DNA of 58,208 nucleotides from positions 1-58,208 of the IMG/VR virus record IMGVR_UViG_3300036945_000096; one strand, given 5' to 3'. The translations under genes and the position numbers were made by a program. This document shows positions 40,762 to 48,676 of the stretch, in pieces. Every line of letters starts with the position of its first letter. The first letter of the stretch is position 1. This stretch comes from a virus (Duplodnaviria; Caudoviricetes). The notes under the pieces are model-generated. The model did not search any database. It was not told the origin of the DNA and was given only the letters and a program-made list of their open reading frames with translations.

Positions 40762-40949
40762 GCCTCCTGTATTACATCCACAATTTCCCAATCACCCTCA
40801 GCCACAATGCCCTGATTGAGAGGGATAAATTCACCACCATCCATTTCCTTAGCTATATACATAGCTTCGGCATTGCTACTGGCATCAACATAAACATACA
40901 AGTATGTTGACATCTTAGCAATCACTTTGTATTTATTCGTAGTCATCAC
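40758..40949 (-). CDS. Hypothetical early protein
   Basis: AAGGAG RBS; V.A....EA...A motif. Confidence 0.6.
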   Translation of the reverse strand: MMTTNKYKVIAKMSTYLYVYVDASSNAEAMYIAKEMDGGEFIPLNQGIVAEGDWEIVDVIQEA

Positions 40950-41448
40950 ATGCTCCTTCCATCACACTGTGCAGTGCCACACCATACAGTAGGTCATCGG
41001 CACTGCTCTCGAAAGCTTTGCGAGTGTCATCAATCATTTCAATGATGTTCTCACTAGGATAGTTTTCAATCACCTCCCATAGGATGATGCCGAAATCACC
41101 TGAGCAAAAAGAATCAAGACCTATCACCTGAAGAACAGAATCATAGGACATGGTGTCAGGATGTGCAGACAACCATTGGTTGAGAGCAAACCTCTCACTC
41201 ACCTTCATCTTCACAGGGAAGTCGAGGTCAGCACTGATCATGTAGAAGCATCGTCCATCACGAAGCTTCACATAGCAGTAGGGATGATCGTCAGGATCGG
41301 CAGGGTCATTGCCCTGCACTGCATCCTCCAAGTCATCAGCCGACAAGTAGATAACATCTACCAATGTGTCGTAGCTCTCAAAGCTTTTCCCTGCAGGGAC
41401 GGACATGCCTTCCTCTGCTAGGTCTGTTCTCATTCGTACTCTGTTCAT
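40933..41448 (-). CDS. Acidic hypothetical early protein
   Basis: AGGAG RBS, 171 aa. Confidence 0.7.
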   Translation of the reverse strand: MNRVRMRTDLAEEGMSVPAGKSFESYDTLVDVIYLSADDLEDAVQGNDPADPDDHPYCYVKLRDGRCFYMISADLDFPVKMKVSERFALNQWLSAHPDTMSYDSVLQVIGLDSFCSGDFGIILWEVIENYPSENIIEMIDDTRKAFESSADDLLYGVALHSVMEGACDDYE

Positions 41449-41636
41449 ACCTGTTCTCCTTTGTATTCCAGTGCCAGTTTCACAATGCTATTCGCTACCT
41501 CTTCCATACTGGTAGCGAAGTATGGGTTGAGTCGGTAGTCCCTCAAGGTACGCTTGTCGTTCAAGTTACCTATCCAAATGAGATGGTTATCCAATAGGAT
41601 CATCACCTCTTTATGCAGTAGTGCCGTTCTGTTCAT
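41445..41636 (-). CDS. Hypothetical early protein
   Basis: Preceded by the conserved RBS hairpin. Confidence 0.65.
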   Translation of the reverse strand: MNRTALLHKEVMILLDNHLIWIGNLNDKRTLRDYRLNPYFATSMEEVANSIVKLALEYKGEQV

Positions 41637-41829
41637 GTATGTTTCCTTTCAGGATAAGTTCTCGCTTGATGAAGGGCAGGTAAACTTTGTTACCAAAGAA
41701 TTGATGCTCAAACAATTGATCTTCAACGATCTTGTCTGAGTGTGCTCTCGCTGCTTTCAATGTCTTGAAAGTAGCAACAGGGCTAGTGTTATTGGGATAA
41801 CACACAATGAATTTGTATCTGTATCTCAT
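41611..41829 (-). CDS. Hypothetical early protein
   Basis: GGTG RBS before MRYRYKF. Confidence 0.55.
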   Translation of the reverse strand: MRYRYKFIVCYPNNTSPVATFKTLKAARAHSDKIVEDQLFEHQFFGNKVYLPFIKRELILKGNIHEQNGTTA

Positions 41830-41830
41830 A

Positions 41831-42214
41831 TCACCACCATGAATCGTAGAACACTGCCTTGCCATCAGCAAGGGCTTGCCTTGCCACCTTGATGAAGGTT
41901 GCCACACTCTCAAGATCTTCGGAGTCTATCTCTTGAGCACCGAAGAAGAACCCATTGACAGGCACTAGCTTGTTGTTGCCAGTGTCCATCTCCAAACGAT
42001 CAAGATCGTTAGCAGTGAGCCTCACTGTAGTGCAGTTGAAGTCATGTCGAAGACCACGCTTTTGGCGGTACAAATCCTCCATCCAACCATGCAAAGCATT
42101 GAACTTTCGCCAGTAGAAAATCTCGGTAGCAGTGTCAGCATCTAGTGCCACATCAACGACACCACCCCTTGCTACCTCAACATCCACACTGAATGCATAC
42201 ATATCAAGTCCCAT
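41831..42214 (-). CDS. Conserved early protein
   Basis: MGLDMYA...YWRK.N.LHGW...GFFFG...Y.SWW. Confidence 0.8.
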   Translation of the reverse strand: MGLDMYAFSVDVEVARGGVVDVALDADTATEIFYWRKFNALHGWMEDLYRQKRGLRHDFNCTTVRLTANDLDRLEMDTGNNKLVPVNGFFFGAQEIDSEDLESVATFIKVARQALADGKAVFYDSWW

Positions 42215-42365
42215 AATCATTCCTCGGAAAGTTAATTGTTGAATAATAGAAGTCGAGGATTTCATCCTCAGTTAGCTCGAAGTCTACATCACCCAGTGCC
42301 TTAGCAATGCCGATGTCATAGTTGTACCTTGCCCATCCTGTCTCCAGTATCAGGAAGGTAGTCAT
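42204..42365 (-). CDS. Hypothetical early protein
   Basis: AGGTG RBS. Confidence 0.5.
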   Translation of the reverse strand: MTTFLILETGWARYNYDIGIAKALGDVDFELTEDEILDFYYSTINFPRNDYGT

Positions 42366-42366
42366 G

Positions 42367-42510
42367 TCACCTACAGCAAACATGTACCACCATCCTGTCC
42401 TCATCCACTGTCAGCCATGCCTTCCGAGTGAATGAATCGTAAACAATAATGTCACCGACATTAATGATTGCCCCTGTCTTGCAACAGATACCTTTGTATC
42501 TAGCCTTCAT
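42367..42510 (-). CDS. 47-aa early protein (not in ORF track)
   Basis: MKARYKGICCKTGAII..GD.I; ATGA-coupled. Confidence 0.55.
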   Translation of the reverse strand: MKARYKGICCKTGAIINVGDIIVYDSFTRKAWLTVDEDRMVVHVCCR

Positions 42511-42701
42511 GATCCGTTCCATGTTGCCTCCGAATGTTGTTCTTCAATATGCCAAGTGCCTATCTTGGTAGCCTCTGCTATGGTTTCTGCGAAACCAATG
42601 TAACCCACTGCATCTGAATCTGAGAATAGTTCAAACACCTCAGCTTCGCTATCCCACTTAGCCCACACTTCGTAGCCAAGCTTCGCAAGTATCTTTCTCA
42701 T
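42507..42701 (-). CDS. Hypothetical early protein
   Basis: ATGA-coupled ORF. Confidence 0.65.
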   Translation of the reverse strand: MRKILAKLGYEVWAKWDSEAEVFELFSDSDAVGYIGFAETIAEATKIGTWHIEEQHSEATWNGS

Positions 42702-43102
42702 GTGAAATCCCTCATGTAAATTGCACCACGCTTAGTGCCTTCGGCATCAGCAAACACTTTCATACCAACAACATCAGCCTTATCCACTGATTGCTCAGTG
42801 GCTTTGATGATGAAGCTCGAATACTTATAAGGGTTATAAGTAACTTGTCTGCCTACCATGCTAAGGAATTCATAGTGGCTCTCGACTCTGTCGCCATTGA
42901 TCCAAGTGCCACTAACACCAGCATGGACATTCTTACGCTTCTCTCGAAGCACCCTCTGTCGCCCTGCCTCAGACACCAGTAGCTTGCATCCCTCAAGCAC
43001 CACAGTATCACTGTGAGCAACAACTCTACCCTTTCGGTCACCTTCCAGTGCCTTAATGCTGAAGCATTTCTTGTGCAGATTGAAGTATACGAACACTCTC
43101 AT
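42698..43102 (-). CDS. Conserved early protein
   Basis: VY.NLHK..FS...GR.RV..E..KNVHA...YNPY. Confidence 0.8.
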   Translation of the reverse strand: MRVFVYFNLHKKCFSIKALEGDRKGRVVAHSDTVVLEGCKLLVSEAGRQRVLREKRKNVHAGVSGTWINGDRVESHYEFLSMVGRQVTYNPYKYSSFIIKATEQSVDKADVVGMKVFADAEGTKRGAIYMRDFT

Positions 43103-43335
43103 TTTGGAAATCCTAAGTAAACAGGTTCAAGATCAACCCAAGTATCAGTGTTATCAACACCATCAATGGTGTCGTATACATTGATGTTGTACCAACCATC
43201 ATCATTCGGTGTATGGATGTTGAACGAATGTTCATCAGTGCCATACCACCAGTCGCCTTCATCAATGATCTCATGCTTGTATGCTTTGATGAGTACATCA
43301 GCCATCTCTTGCATCTGCTTTTTAGTCAGAGCCAT
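43099..43335 (-). CDS. Acidic hypothetical early protein
   Basis: Conserved RBS hairpin upstream. Confidence 0.7.
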   Translation of the reverse strand: MALTKKQMQEMADVLIKAYKHEIIDEGDWWYGTDEHSFNIHTPNDDGWYNINVYDTIDGVDNTDTWVDLEPVYLGFPK

Positions 43336-43354
43336 GTTGTTTCCTTTCAGGAAG

Positions 43355-43576
43355 TTAATCAATCACAACCACTGTACGAATCCCCGAATCATCGATATCA
43401 TCTTCGATGAGTTTGTCCATACGATGGTAATCACTCTGTGTCACAGAGCCTTCATACACTCGGCTCACAGTGGGACACAACTGTGTCCTCCAGTAGTCCC
43501 CTGCTCCATAAGCATAATGCACATCGGCATCTCCATCTTGCTGTTGCAAGAGGGCAATCAATTCAGATACTTTCAT
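43355..43576 (-). CDS. Hypothetical early protein
   Basis: M.V.ELI..L...D.D..V motif; RBS hairpin. Confidence 0.75.
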   Translation of the reverse strand: MKVSELIALLQQQDGDADVHYAYGAGDYWRTQLCPTVSRVYEGSVTQSDYHRMDKLIEDDIDDSGIRTVVVID

Positions 43577-43666
43577 TGTGTTTCCTTTCAGGAAAGCTTA
43601 GTTAATAACCAAAACTTTACAGCTACAAATGCTGCAAAGCAGAGCACACCTATTACATATTCCATG

Positions 43667-43915
43667 TCATTCACCTTCCTTCGGAAGGAATGTCAGTTTC
43701 CCTGTATAGGTCATATCAAACATCAGAGCCTTAGCTCTGTTCAGATACTTTCTCGCTGTCTCAGTGTCACCCATTGCCATCAGTTCCTGTGCATCGGACA
43801 ACAGTCCGGCAAGCACCATCACACCACCTGACAATTTGTAGGTGACAGAATCCTTCACGCTTTCCTTGAAAGCTTGAAAGTCACAGCCATACATTTGCAT
43901 TTGTTTGTCAATCAT
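43667..43915 (-). CDS. Hypothetical early protein
   Basis: GAGGAG RBS. Confidence 0.7.
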   Translation of the reverse strand: MIDKQMQMYGCDFQAFKESVKDSVTYKLSGGVMVLAGLLSDAQELMAMGDTETARKYLNRAKALMFDMTYTGKLTFLPKEGE

Positions 43916-44076
43916 CGTGTCTCCTCTAGGAGGTTAAGTACATAAAGTTGGTTCTCTGTATCATCGATACAGAGCTGAAGTTGATCCACACTATCCCAAT
44001 CACCTTCGGAGAAGGCTTCTTCTCGTGCTTCACGAAGAGCATTAAGATGCTCTTGAACATTAAACCTTGTCACCAT
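43912..44076 (-). CDS. 54-aa acidic early protein (not in ORF track)
   Basis: MVTRFNVQEH...EETR; RBS hairpin; coupled to next gene. Confidence 0.6.
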   Translation of the reverse strand: MVTRFNVQEHLNALREAREEAFSEGDWDSVDQLQLCIDDTENQLYVLNLLEETR

Positions 44077-44087
44077 GTTGTTTCCTT

Positions 44088-44303
44088 TCAGGAATTGATT
44101 GCTTCAGCCAGTGCATTTTCACTGTCAATAGTGATTGCATCAAACACCTGTTGCTTCGTGCCTTTGTAACCCATCCCTTTAAGAATTGCATAGCAAGTCT
44201 TACCTTTAGAGGTGAGTCGCATACCTTTCATCTCCAGTTTAAGACCTTGTCTTAATGAACGGAGACGGAAAGCTTCGATTTGTTGCGGAGTAGTTAATAC
44301 CAT
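44088..44303 (-). CDS. Hypothetical early protein
   Basis: RBS hairpin; L.LE..GM motif. Confidence 0.7.
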   Translation of the reverse strand: MVLTTPQQIEAFRLRSLRQGLKLEMKGMRLTSKGKTCYAILKGMGYKGTKQQVFDAITIDSENALAEAINS

Positions 44304-44652
44304 TTTGTTTCCTTTAGGAAGAGTTGCTTGAGAAGTTGCTCAAAAATTAAGCAACTTCAGAAACCCATTGTCTAGCACCGACCCCAGTGCCACAATGGAA
44401 TTGTCCCTCACATACATTATCAGCATGATGTATCAGCATGCCCTATACATTCACCTTGTATAGGCTAGGCTAGTCCATAGTGATGACGCTTACCTTGCTA
44501 ATAGCAAGCACCCTCACCGACACTAGTATCAATTTTTAAAGATCAGAACGACTGAAGCTTTGCTTCACAGCAGGGCTTCACCCTATAGAGAACGCTAGAT
44601 AACATTCTGCAAAGCCCTAAGGCTTTACGCAAGGCTATCAAATAAGCTCTGC

Positions 44653-45369
44653 TTATACAACAAATCCTGTCTGATCAAGCTTCGCTTTACCTTTAGCATA
44701 CAGTCCGACAATGACTTTGTCATCAAGGTGACGAACATCAGAGTTGTCTCCAGAGACAACAGGGATTCCCATGAATGTCATTGGAATATCCTTTTCCTTA
44801 CGGAAAACAACTGCCATTCTCATGTTGTTAAGCAAAGCTTTCTGAACGAAGGGTTGAAAACCCTCAACACCGGAATAACTGAAAGTTAAATCATAATTAG
44901 CAGGTAAATCTTTACGATTTACATCCTTGGTGTAATCGTAGAATGTCACATCAGGGAAAGCAGCAAATATGTTTACATATTCAATGCCGTCAGTATCAGT
45001 AAAACCTATGGTTTCCCACCGAATGTCGCTAGTACCATTCAATCTAATCAAAGGCTGTAAGCCTTTCTTCTTTGCTTTCTTAATAATTTTGGCAATATCA
45101 ACAACAAGTTGTTGCATGAAGCTATTTCGTTCAGTAAAAAACCATATGGTTTTGTTGATTCGAGCCGTTTGAACGGAGTTCATAGCACCTCGCCCTGCTT
45201 TGTATAAGCAAGCTACATCACATTTCGCTGTCTTTGCCATAGAACAAGTGTTCCACTTGGTAGTTGTTGCCGGAGCTAGATAGAGAATGCCAGTTAAGAA
45301 ACCTAAGGTTTCTCCCTTGACAGTTTTGGCATCTGACGATACAGAAAGCAGAGCTTTAGACTTGAACAT
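44653..45369 (-). CDS. GP88-like protein
   Basis: LYLAP...C..A...C...CL..AGRG, RLNGTSD, FYDYTK, NY.LTFS; start at MFKSK behind the RBS hairpin. Confidence 0.75.
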   Translation of the reverse strand: MFKSKALLSVSSDAKTVKGETLGFLTGILYLAPATTTKWNTCSMAKTAKCDVACLYKAGRGAMNSVQTARINKTIWFFTERNSFMQQLVVDIAKIIKKAKKKGLQPLIRLNGTSDIRWETIGFTDTDGIEYVNIFAAFPDVTFYDYTKDVNRKDLPANYDLTFSYSGVEGFQPFVQKALLNNMRMAVVFRKEKDIPMTFMGIPVVSGDNSDVRHLDDKVIVGLYAKGKAKLDQTGFVV

Positions 45370-45416
45370 TGTGTTTCCTTTAGGAAAGTTGTGGCAACAT
45401 TGCCGTTGAGGTTTCA

Positions 45417-45445
45417 ATTGTAGCGGTATCAAATAACCCTGTCAA
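45417..45445 (-). promoter_or_regulatory. Strong sigma70-type early promoter
   Basis: TTGACA-17 nt-TACAAT on minus strand. Confidence 0.8.
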
Positions 45446-45700
45446 TCACAGGGCTTTTCTGCTACCAACAAGGGTTTTACCCTTGAATAACAGTGCCTCG
45501 TCATAACAACCCATCCACTGCATTGCCTCAGCTTTGCTGAGAGTGTAGTGGGATTTCTTGAATCCGACACCAGTTACTTTGTAACCGAAAGCTTTGCAAA
45601 GCATCAATTTAATCTGATCCTCCCAAAGGAGGGCTAAACTAATAGTGCTAAGCACTACAGAGATTTCAATGAGAATTTGAACAGCATCGTAATTTGTCAT
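45446..45700 (-). CDS. First early-arm gene, N-terminal TM
   Basis: AAGGA RBS; hydrophobic N-terminus. Confidence 0.6.
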   Translation of the reverse strand: MTNYDAVQILIEISVVLSTISLALLWEDQIKLMLCKAFGYKVTGVGFKKSHYTLSKAEAMQWMGCYDEALLFKGKTLVGSRKAL

Positions 45701-45711
45701 TTTGCTTCCTT

Positions 45712-45890
45712 CATGTCTTTCATTTAACTAAGAAAAGAAACTATTTCCTTTTCTCACTAAAGTGAAAAGGATAGTTTCTTTGTTAAATGAAAGACATGGT
45801 GTCGGGCGTATGTACGCAGATCTTCCTATATTTAAGCATTTTTTAATGCCAACATAGTTGTCATAAAAATGCGATTATAAATATAGGAAG
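45712..45890. repeat. Two long inverted repeats
   Basis: 17-bp arms 45712-45728/45782-45798; 13-bp arms 45822-45834/45878-45890; both with nested inner stems. Confidence 0.9.
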
Positions 45891-45901
45891 TTAAGAGGGA
45901 G

Positions 45902-46015
45902 TTGTCCACAGTTTGTTAGTATCGCATTTTGAGATGTTGTGGATAAGACTAGATTGTGCTGTGGATAACTTTGGAAATTGAAGGTTGTTGATAACTTCGA
46001 TTTTGCTGTGGATAA
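45902..46015. promoter_or_regulatory. Cluster of five DnaA boxes
   Basis: TGTGGATAA at 45938, 45960, 46007; one-mismatch boxes at 45902 (TTGTCCACA) and 45986 (TGTTGATAA). Confidence 0.8.
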
Positions 46016-46541
46016 CTTTGCTGATCGGGGTATCTCTAAAGGGGTGGTAGATATACCACCCTTTCTGTCAAGGGGTTATGCCAAAAAAGCATAACATTTT
46101 CCACTGGTTTTTGATATGGTGAACCGATTTTGAATCAGTATTCAAGATCTTCTAAGTCTTTGAATTCATTGAAGAATCTTTTCTTTGAGTTGAATGCATT
46201 CTTGATCTTTGATTCACTTAAGATCCGCAACGCTATGCAACGCAGTGCGCTGGCGCAACGCTGCTGCAAGGCGGGGGTGGCGGGGGCACAGGGGGGGTGT
46301 ACGCTATCTGTATATGGCCTCGTCCAAAAATCAGGAAAAATAGGTCTGTTAACCAAACTCCATCTTTGGCAGCTCCCACACCGCAATAGAAATAATATTT
46401 CATAACAAAGACGCAAATGAAACAATCAATCTGCACCATCAACTACCCAGAAACTGTTAAGTATATTGAACAAAAGCCATCTTACAAAGATGCACATAAA
46501 GCTGCACAAACCGCTACCTTCTGTACACTCATATGTTAACA

Positions 46542-46560
46542 AATGAGAACAATTCTCATT
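46542..46560. promoter_or_regulatory. Fur-box-like palindrome
   Basis: AATGAGAA-CAA-TTCTCATT. Confidence 0.45.
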
Positions 46561-47157
46561 GAAGTTTCATGCAACTTTATACTCATAGGTATCAACTTAA
46601 CATCTAAACATCAACCTATAGCTATACCCCCTATGGACCATTTTGTTATTTATGCAATGTTTCTGATGTGCCCTACAAAAAAAGCTTGACATTAGTTTCA
46701 ATGTGTGTAAAACTACCCGTACCTGCACCATGTATGCTTTATGCATACAGGCGATACGAAACAAAGTATGAGCTACCTTCCGGCTACAGGTAAAGAAATG
46801 AGCTTGCAATCGGCTGCTGAAGAGAAAAGACTCAGAGAGAACAGCATTGATGCATCGGTGTTGTTCTACTTTGGACACTGGCAGTGGTACACCTTACACT
46901 GACCAGACTAGACTTGATGTGGGTACTTGTTAAAAGCTGTTGCTAAAAGGGTGGGCTAACAACAGCTATAGATGAACACATCCCTTATGGGCTTTCTAGG
47001 TGTATGTTCTAGATATTAGGGGTAGTTGGTTGTATTTCACTATGTGATATAAACAGTCAACAACACTTATAGACATACATTGGGATAGGTTGTTATGTGT
47101 AGCAATAAATGCTACCATACCACCTTAGCTAGGCTATGTGTGTTAGCATGAAGCATT

Positions 47158-47439
47158 ATGAACTATTACACCCGACAAGAGCTAGATGACAGAGGACTAA
47201 CAAACACATATCCCTACAGTGTGGCTACACAAGCTTCACTAGCGTTACACAGAGGTTATGTAGACAAGATGCACCTATTCCACAGTGATGTCTATTACGT
47301 CAGAGCAGCTATGGAAAAACATACAGGATATGTATTTCCCTTAGACAAAGTAGAAGATGCTATGAGAGCTGAGGGATGGAAAGAACACAGACACTTACCA
47401 AAGAAGAAACAACATGGCAACAAAGAAAAGCACAGTTAA
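47158..47439 (+). CDS. Hypothetical protein, first gene of + arm
   Basis: 93-aa ORF; HSDV.YVRAA motif. Confidence 0.65.
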   Translation: MNYYTRQELDDRGLTNTYPYSVATQASLALHRGYVDKMHLFHSDVYYVRAAMEKHTGYVFPLDKVEDAMRAEGWKEHRHLPKKKQHGNKEKHS

Positions 47440-47593
47440 TGCTGCTGGCAACTACACCAAGCCTACAATGCGTAAGGCGTTGGTAGCTAAGGTGAAGGCT
47501 GGTTCTGCTGGTGGAGATCCGGGTGAATGGTCTGCTAGGAAAGCACAGCTTGTAGCAAAGAAATACAAAGCTGCTGGTGGTGGTTACAAATGA
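47414..47593 (+). CDS. 59-aa basic protein (not in ORF track)
   Basis: NYTKP..R......GG.PG.WSARKAQ.....YK..GGGY. Confidence 0.8.
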   Translation: MATKKSTVNAAGNYTKPTMRKALVAKVKAGSAGGDPGEWSARKAQLVAKKYKAAGGGYK

Positions 47594-47823
47594 AAGCTTC
47601 TCAGAAATCTTTAAAGGATTGGACAGCCCAGAAGTGGACAACAAAGTCTGGTAAGCCTTCTGCTAAAACAGGAGAGCGTTATCTTCCTGAAGCTGCCATT
47701 AAGTCTTTAAGCTCTGCTGAGTATGCAGCCACCACTAAAGCTAAGCGTGAAGGCACAAAAGCTGGTAAGCAGTTTGTTAAACAGCCTAAGGCCATTGCCA
47801 AGAAAGTGAGCAAGTTCCGATGA
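47590..47823 (+). CDS. Small basic protein
   Basis: Q.SL..WT.Q.W.TKSGK.S...GERYLP. Confidence 0.8.
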   Translation: MKASQKSLKDWTAQKWTTKSGKPSAKTGERYLPEAAIKSLSSAEYAATTKAKREGTKAGKQFVKQPKAIAKKVSKFR

Positions 47824-48089
47824 TTAAAAAAGGTAGTGAAGAGTTTTCAGGGTATAACAAGCCCAAAGCCACACCTAAGCATCCTACGAAGAGTCATGCT
47901 GTGTTAGCTAAAGAGGGTGACACAGTGAAGCTTATTAGGTTTGGACAACAGGGTGTTAGTGGTGCTGGCTCTAGTCCAGACACTCCTAAGGACAAGGCTA
48001 GGCAGAAGAGCTTCAAAGCTCGTCATGCTGAGAATATTAACAAGGGTAAGATGTCTGCTGCTTATTGGGCAGATAAGGTTAAGTGGTAA
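47820..48089 (+). CDS. Small basic protein
   Basis: KLIRFGQQG...SF.ARH...SA.YW..K..W. Confidence 0.8.
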   Translation: MIKKGSEEFSGYNKPKATPKHPTKSHAVLAKEGDTVKLIRFGQQGVSGAGSSPDTPKDKARQKSFKARHAENINKGKMSAAYWADKVKW

Positions 48090-48104
48090 CTAAAAGGAGA
48101 AACT

Positions 48105-48497
48105 ATGGCTACCGATGCAGAGAAAGTAAAGATGTACCGAGAGAAGGCTAAGGATGAGTCTATCCCTCAAGAGGTGCGTAACACCTACTTGGATAGGGCT
48201 AATGAGCTAGAGCGTAAAGCTTATGAAGCCACTAAGGGTACTCCTCCAGCTAAGCTGGCTAAAGGTGGTATGCCTGTAAGAGGTAGCCGTACAGCCACTA
48301 ACAAAGAGAAGAAGATGATGGGTGGTGGTTATGCTATGCCAACAAAGAAACCATTGATGGCTAAAGGAGGAGCTGTTAAAGCTGCTGCTGCTAAGAAGCC
48401 TGTGGTTGCCATTATGATTGGTATGGCTAAGCCAACTAAAGCTCCTATGAAGAAGGCCATGAACACAGGTGGTATGGCTAAAAAAGGTAAGTGCTGA
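48105..48497 (+). CDS. Lys-rich protein with repeated GG motifs
   Basis: AAGGAG RBS; LAKGG, MMGGG, MAKGG, MNTGG. Confidence 0.75.
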   Translation: MATDAEKVKMYREKAKDESIPQEVRNTYLDRANELERKAYEATKGTPPAKLAKGGMPVRGSRTATNKEKKMMGGGYAMPTKKPLMAKGGAVKAAAAKKPVVAIMIGMAKPTKAPMKKAMNTGGMAKKGKC

Positions 48498-48676
48498 TGG
48501 CTACTAAAAAGCAAACAGCTAAAGTGGCTAAGGTGATGGGTGAGTTTAAAGACAAAGGCTTGCACAGTGGCAAAGGTGGTAAGGTTGTTACAAACCCCAA
48601 GCAAGCCATTGCCATTGCTTTGTCTGAAGCTAAAGTAGCACCTAAAGCTGCTTCTAAATCGCCTAAGAAGAAATGA
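48497..48676 (+). CDS. Small basic protein (DUF6496-like)
   Basis: KV..VM.EFK...LHSG...V....QAIAIALSEA. Confidence 0.7.
   Translation: MATKKQTAKVAKVMGEFKDKGLHSGKGGKVVTNPKQAIAIALSEAKVAPKAASKSPKKK

Noticed and set aside
43148-43831. 227-aa + strand ORF
   Set aside because: Antisense to three well-supported minus-strand genes with RBS hairpins.
46130-46878. ORFs 46130-46405, 46135-46425, 46233-46442, 46597-46878
   Set aside because: No RBS, atypical composition, and they overlap repeats and the G-tract; the region is treated as non-coding.
45700-47157. tRNA genes or attP core
   Set aside because: No cloverleaf or T-loop signature recognised by eye; an att site cannot be called without the host genome.
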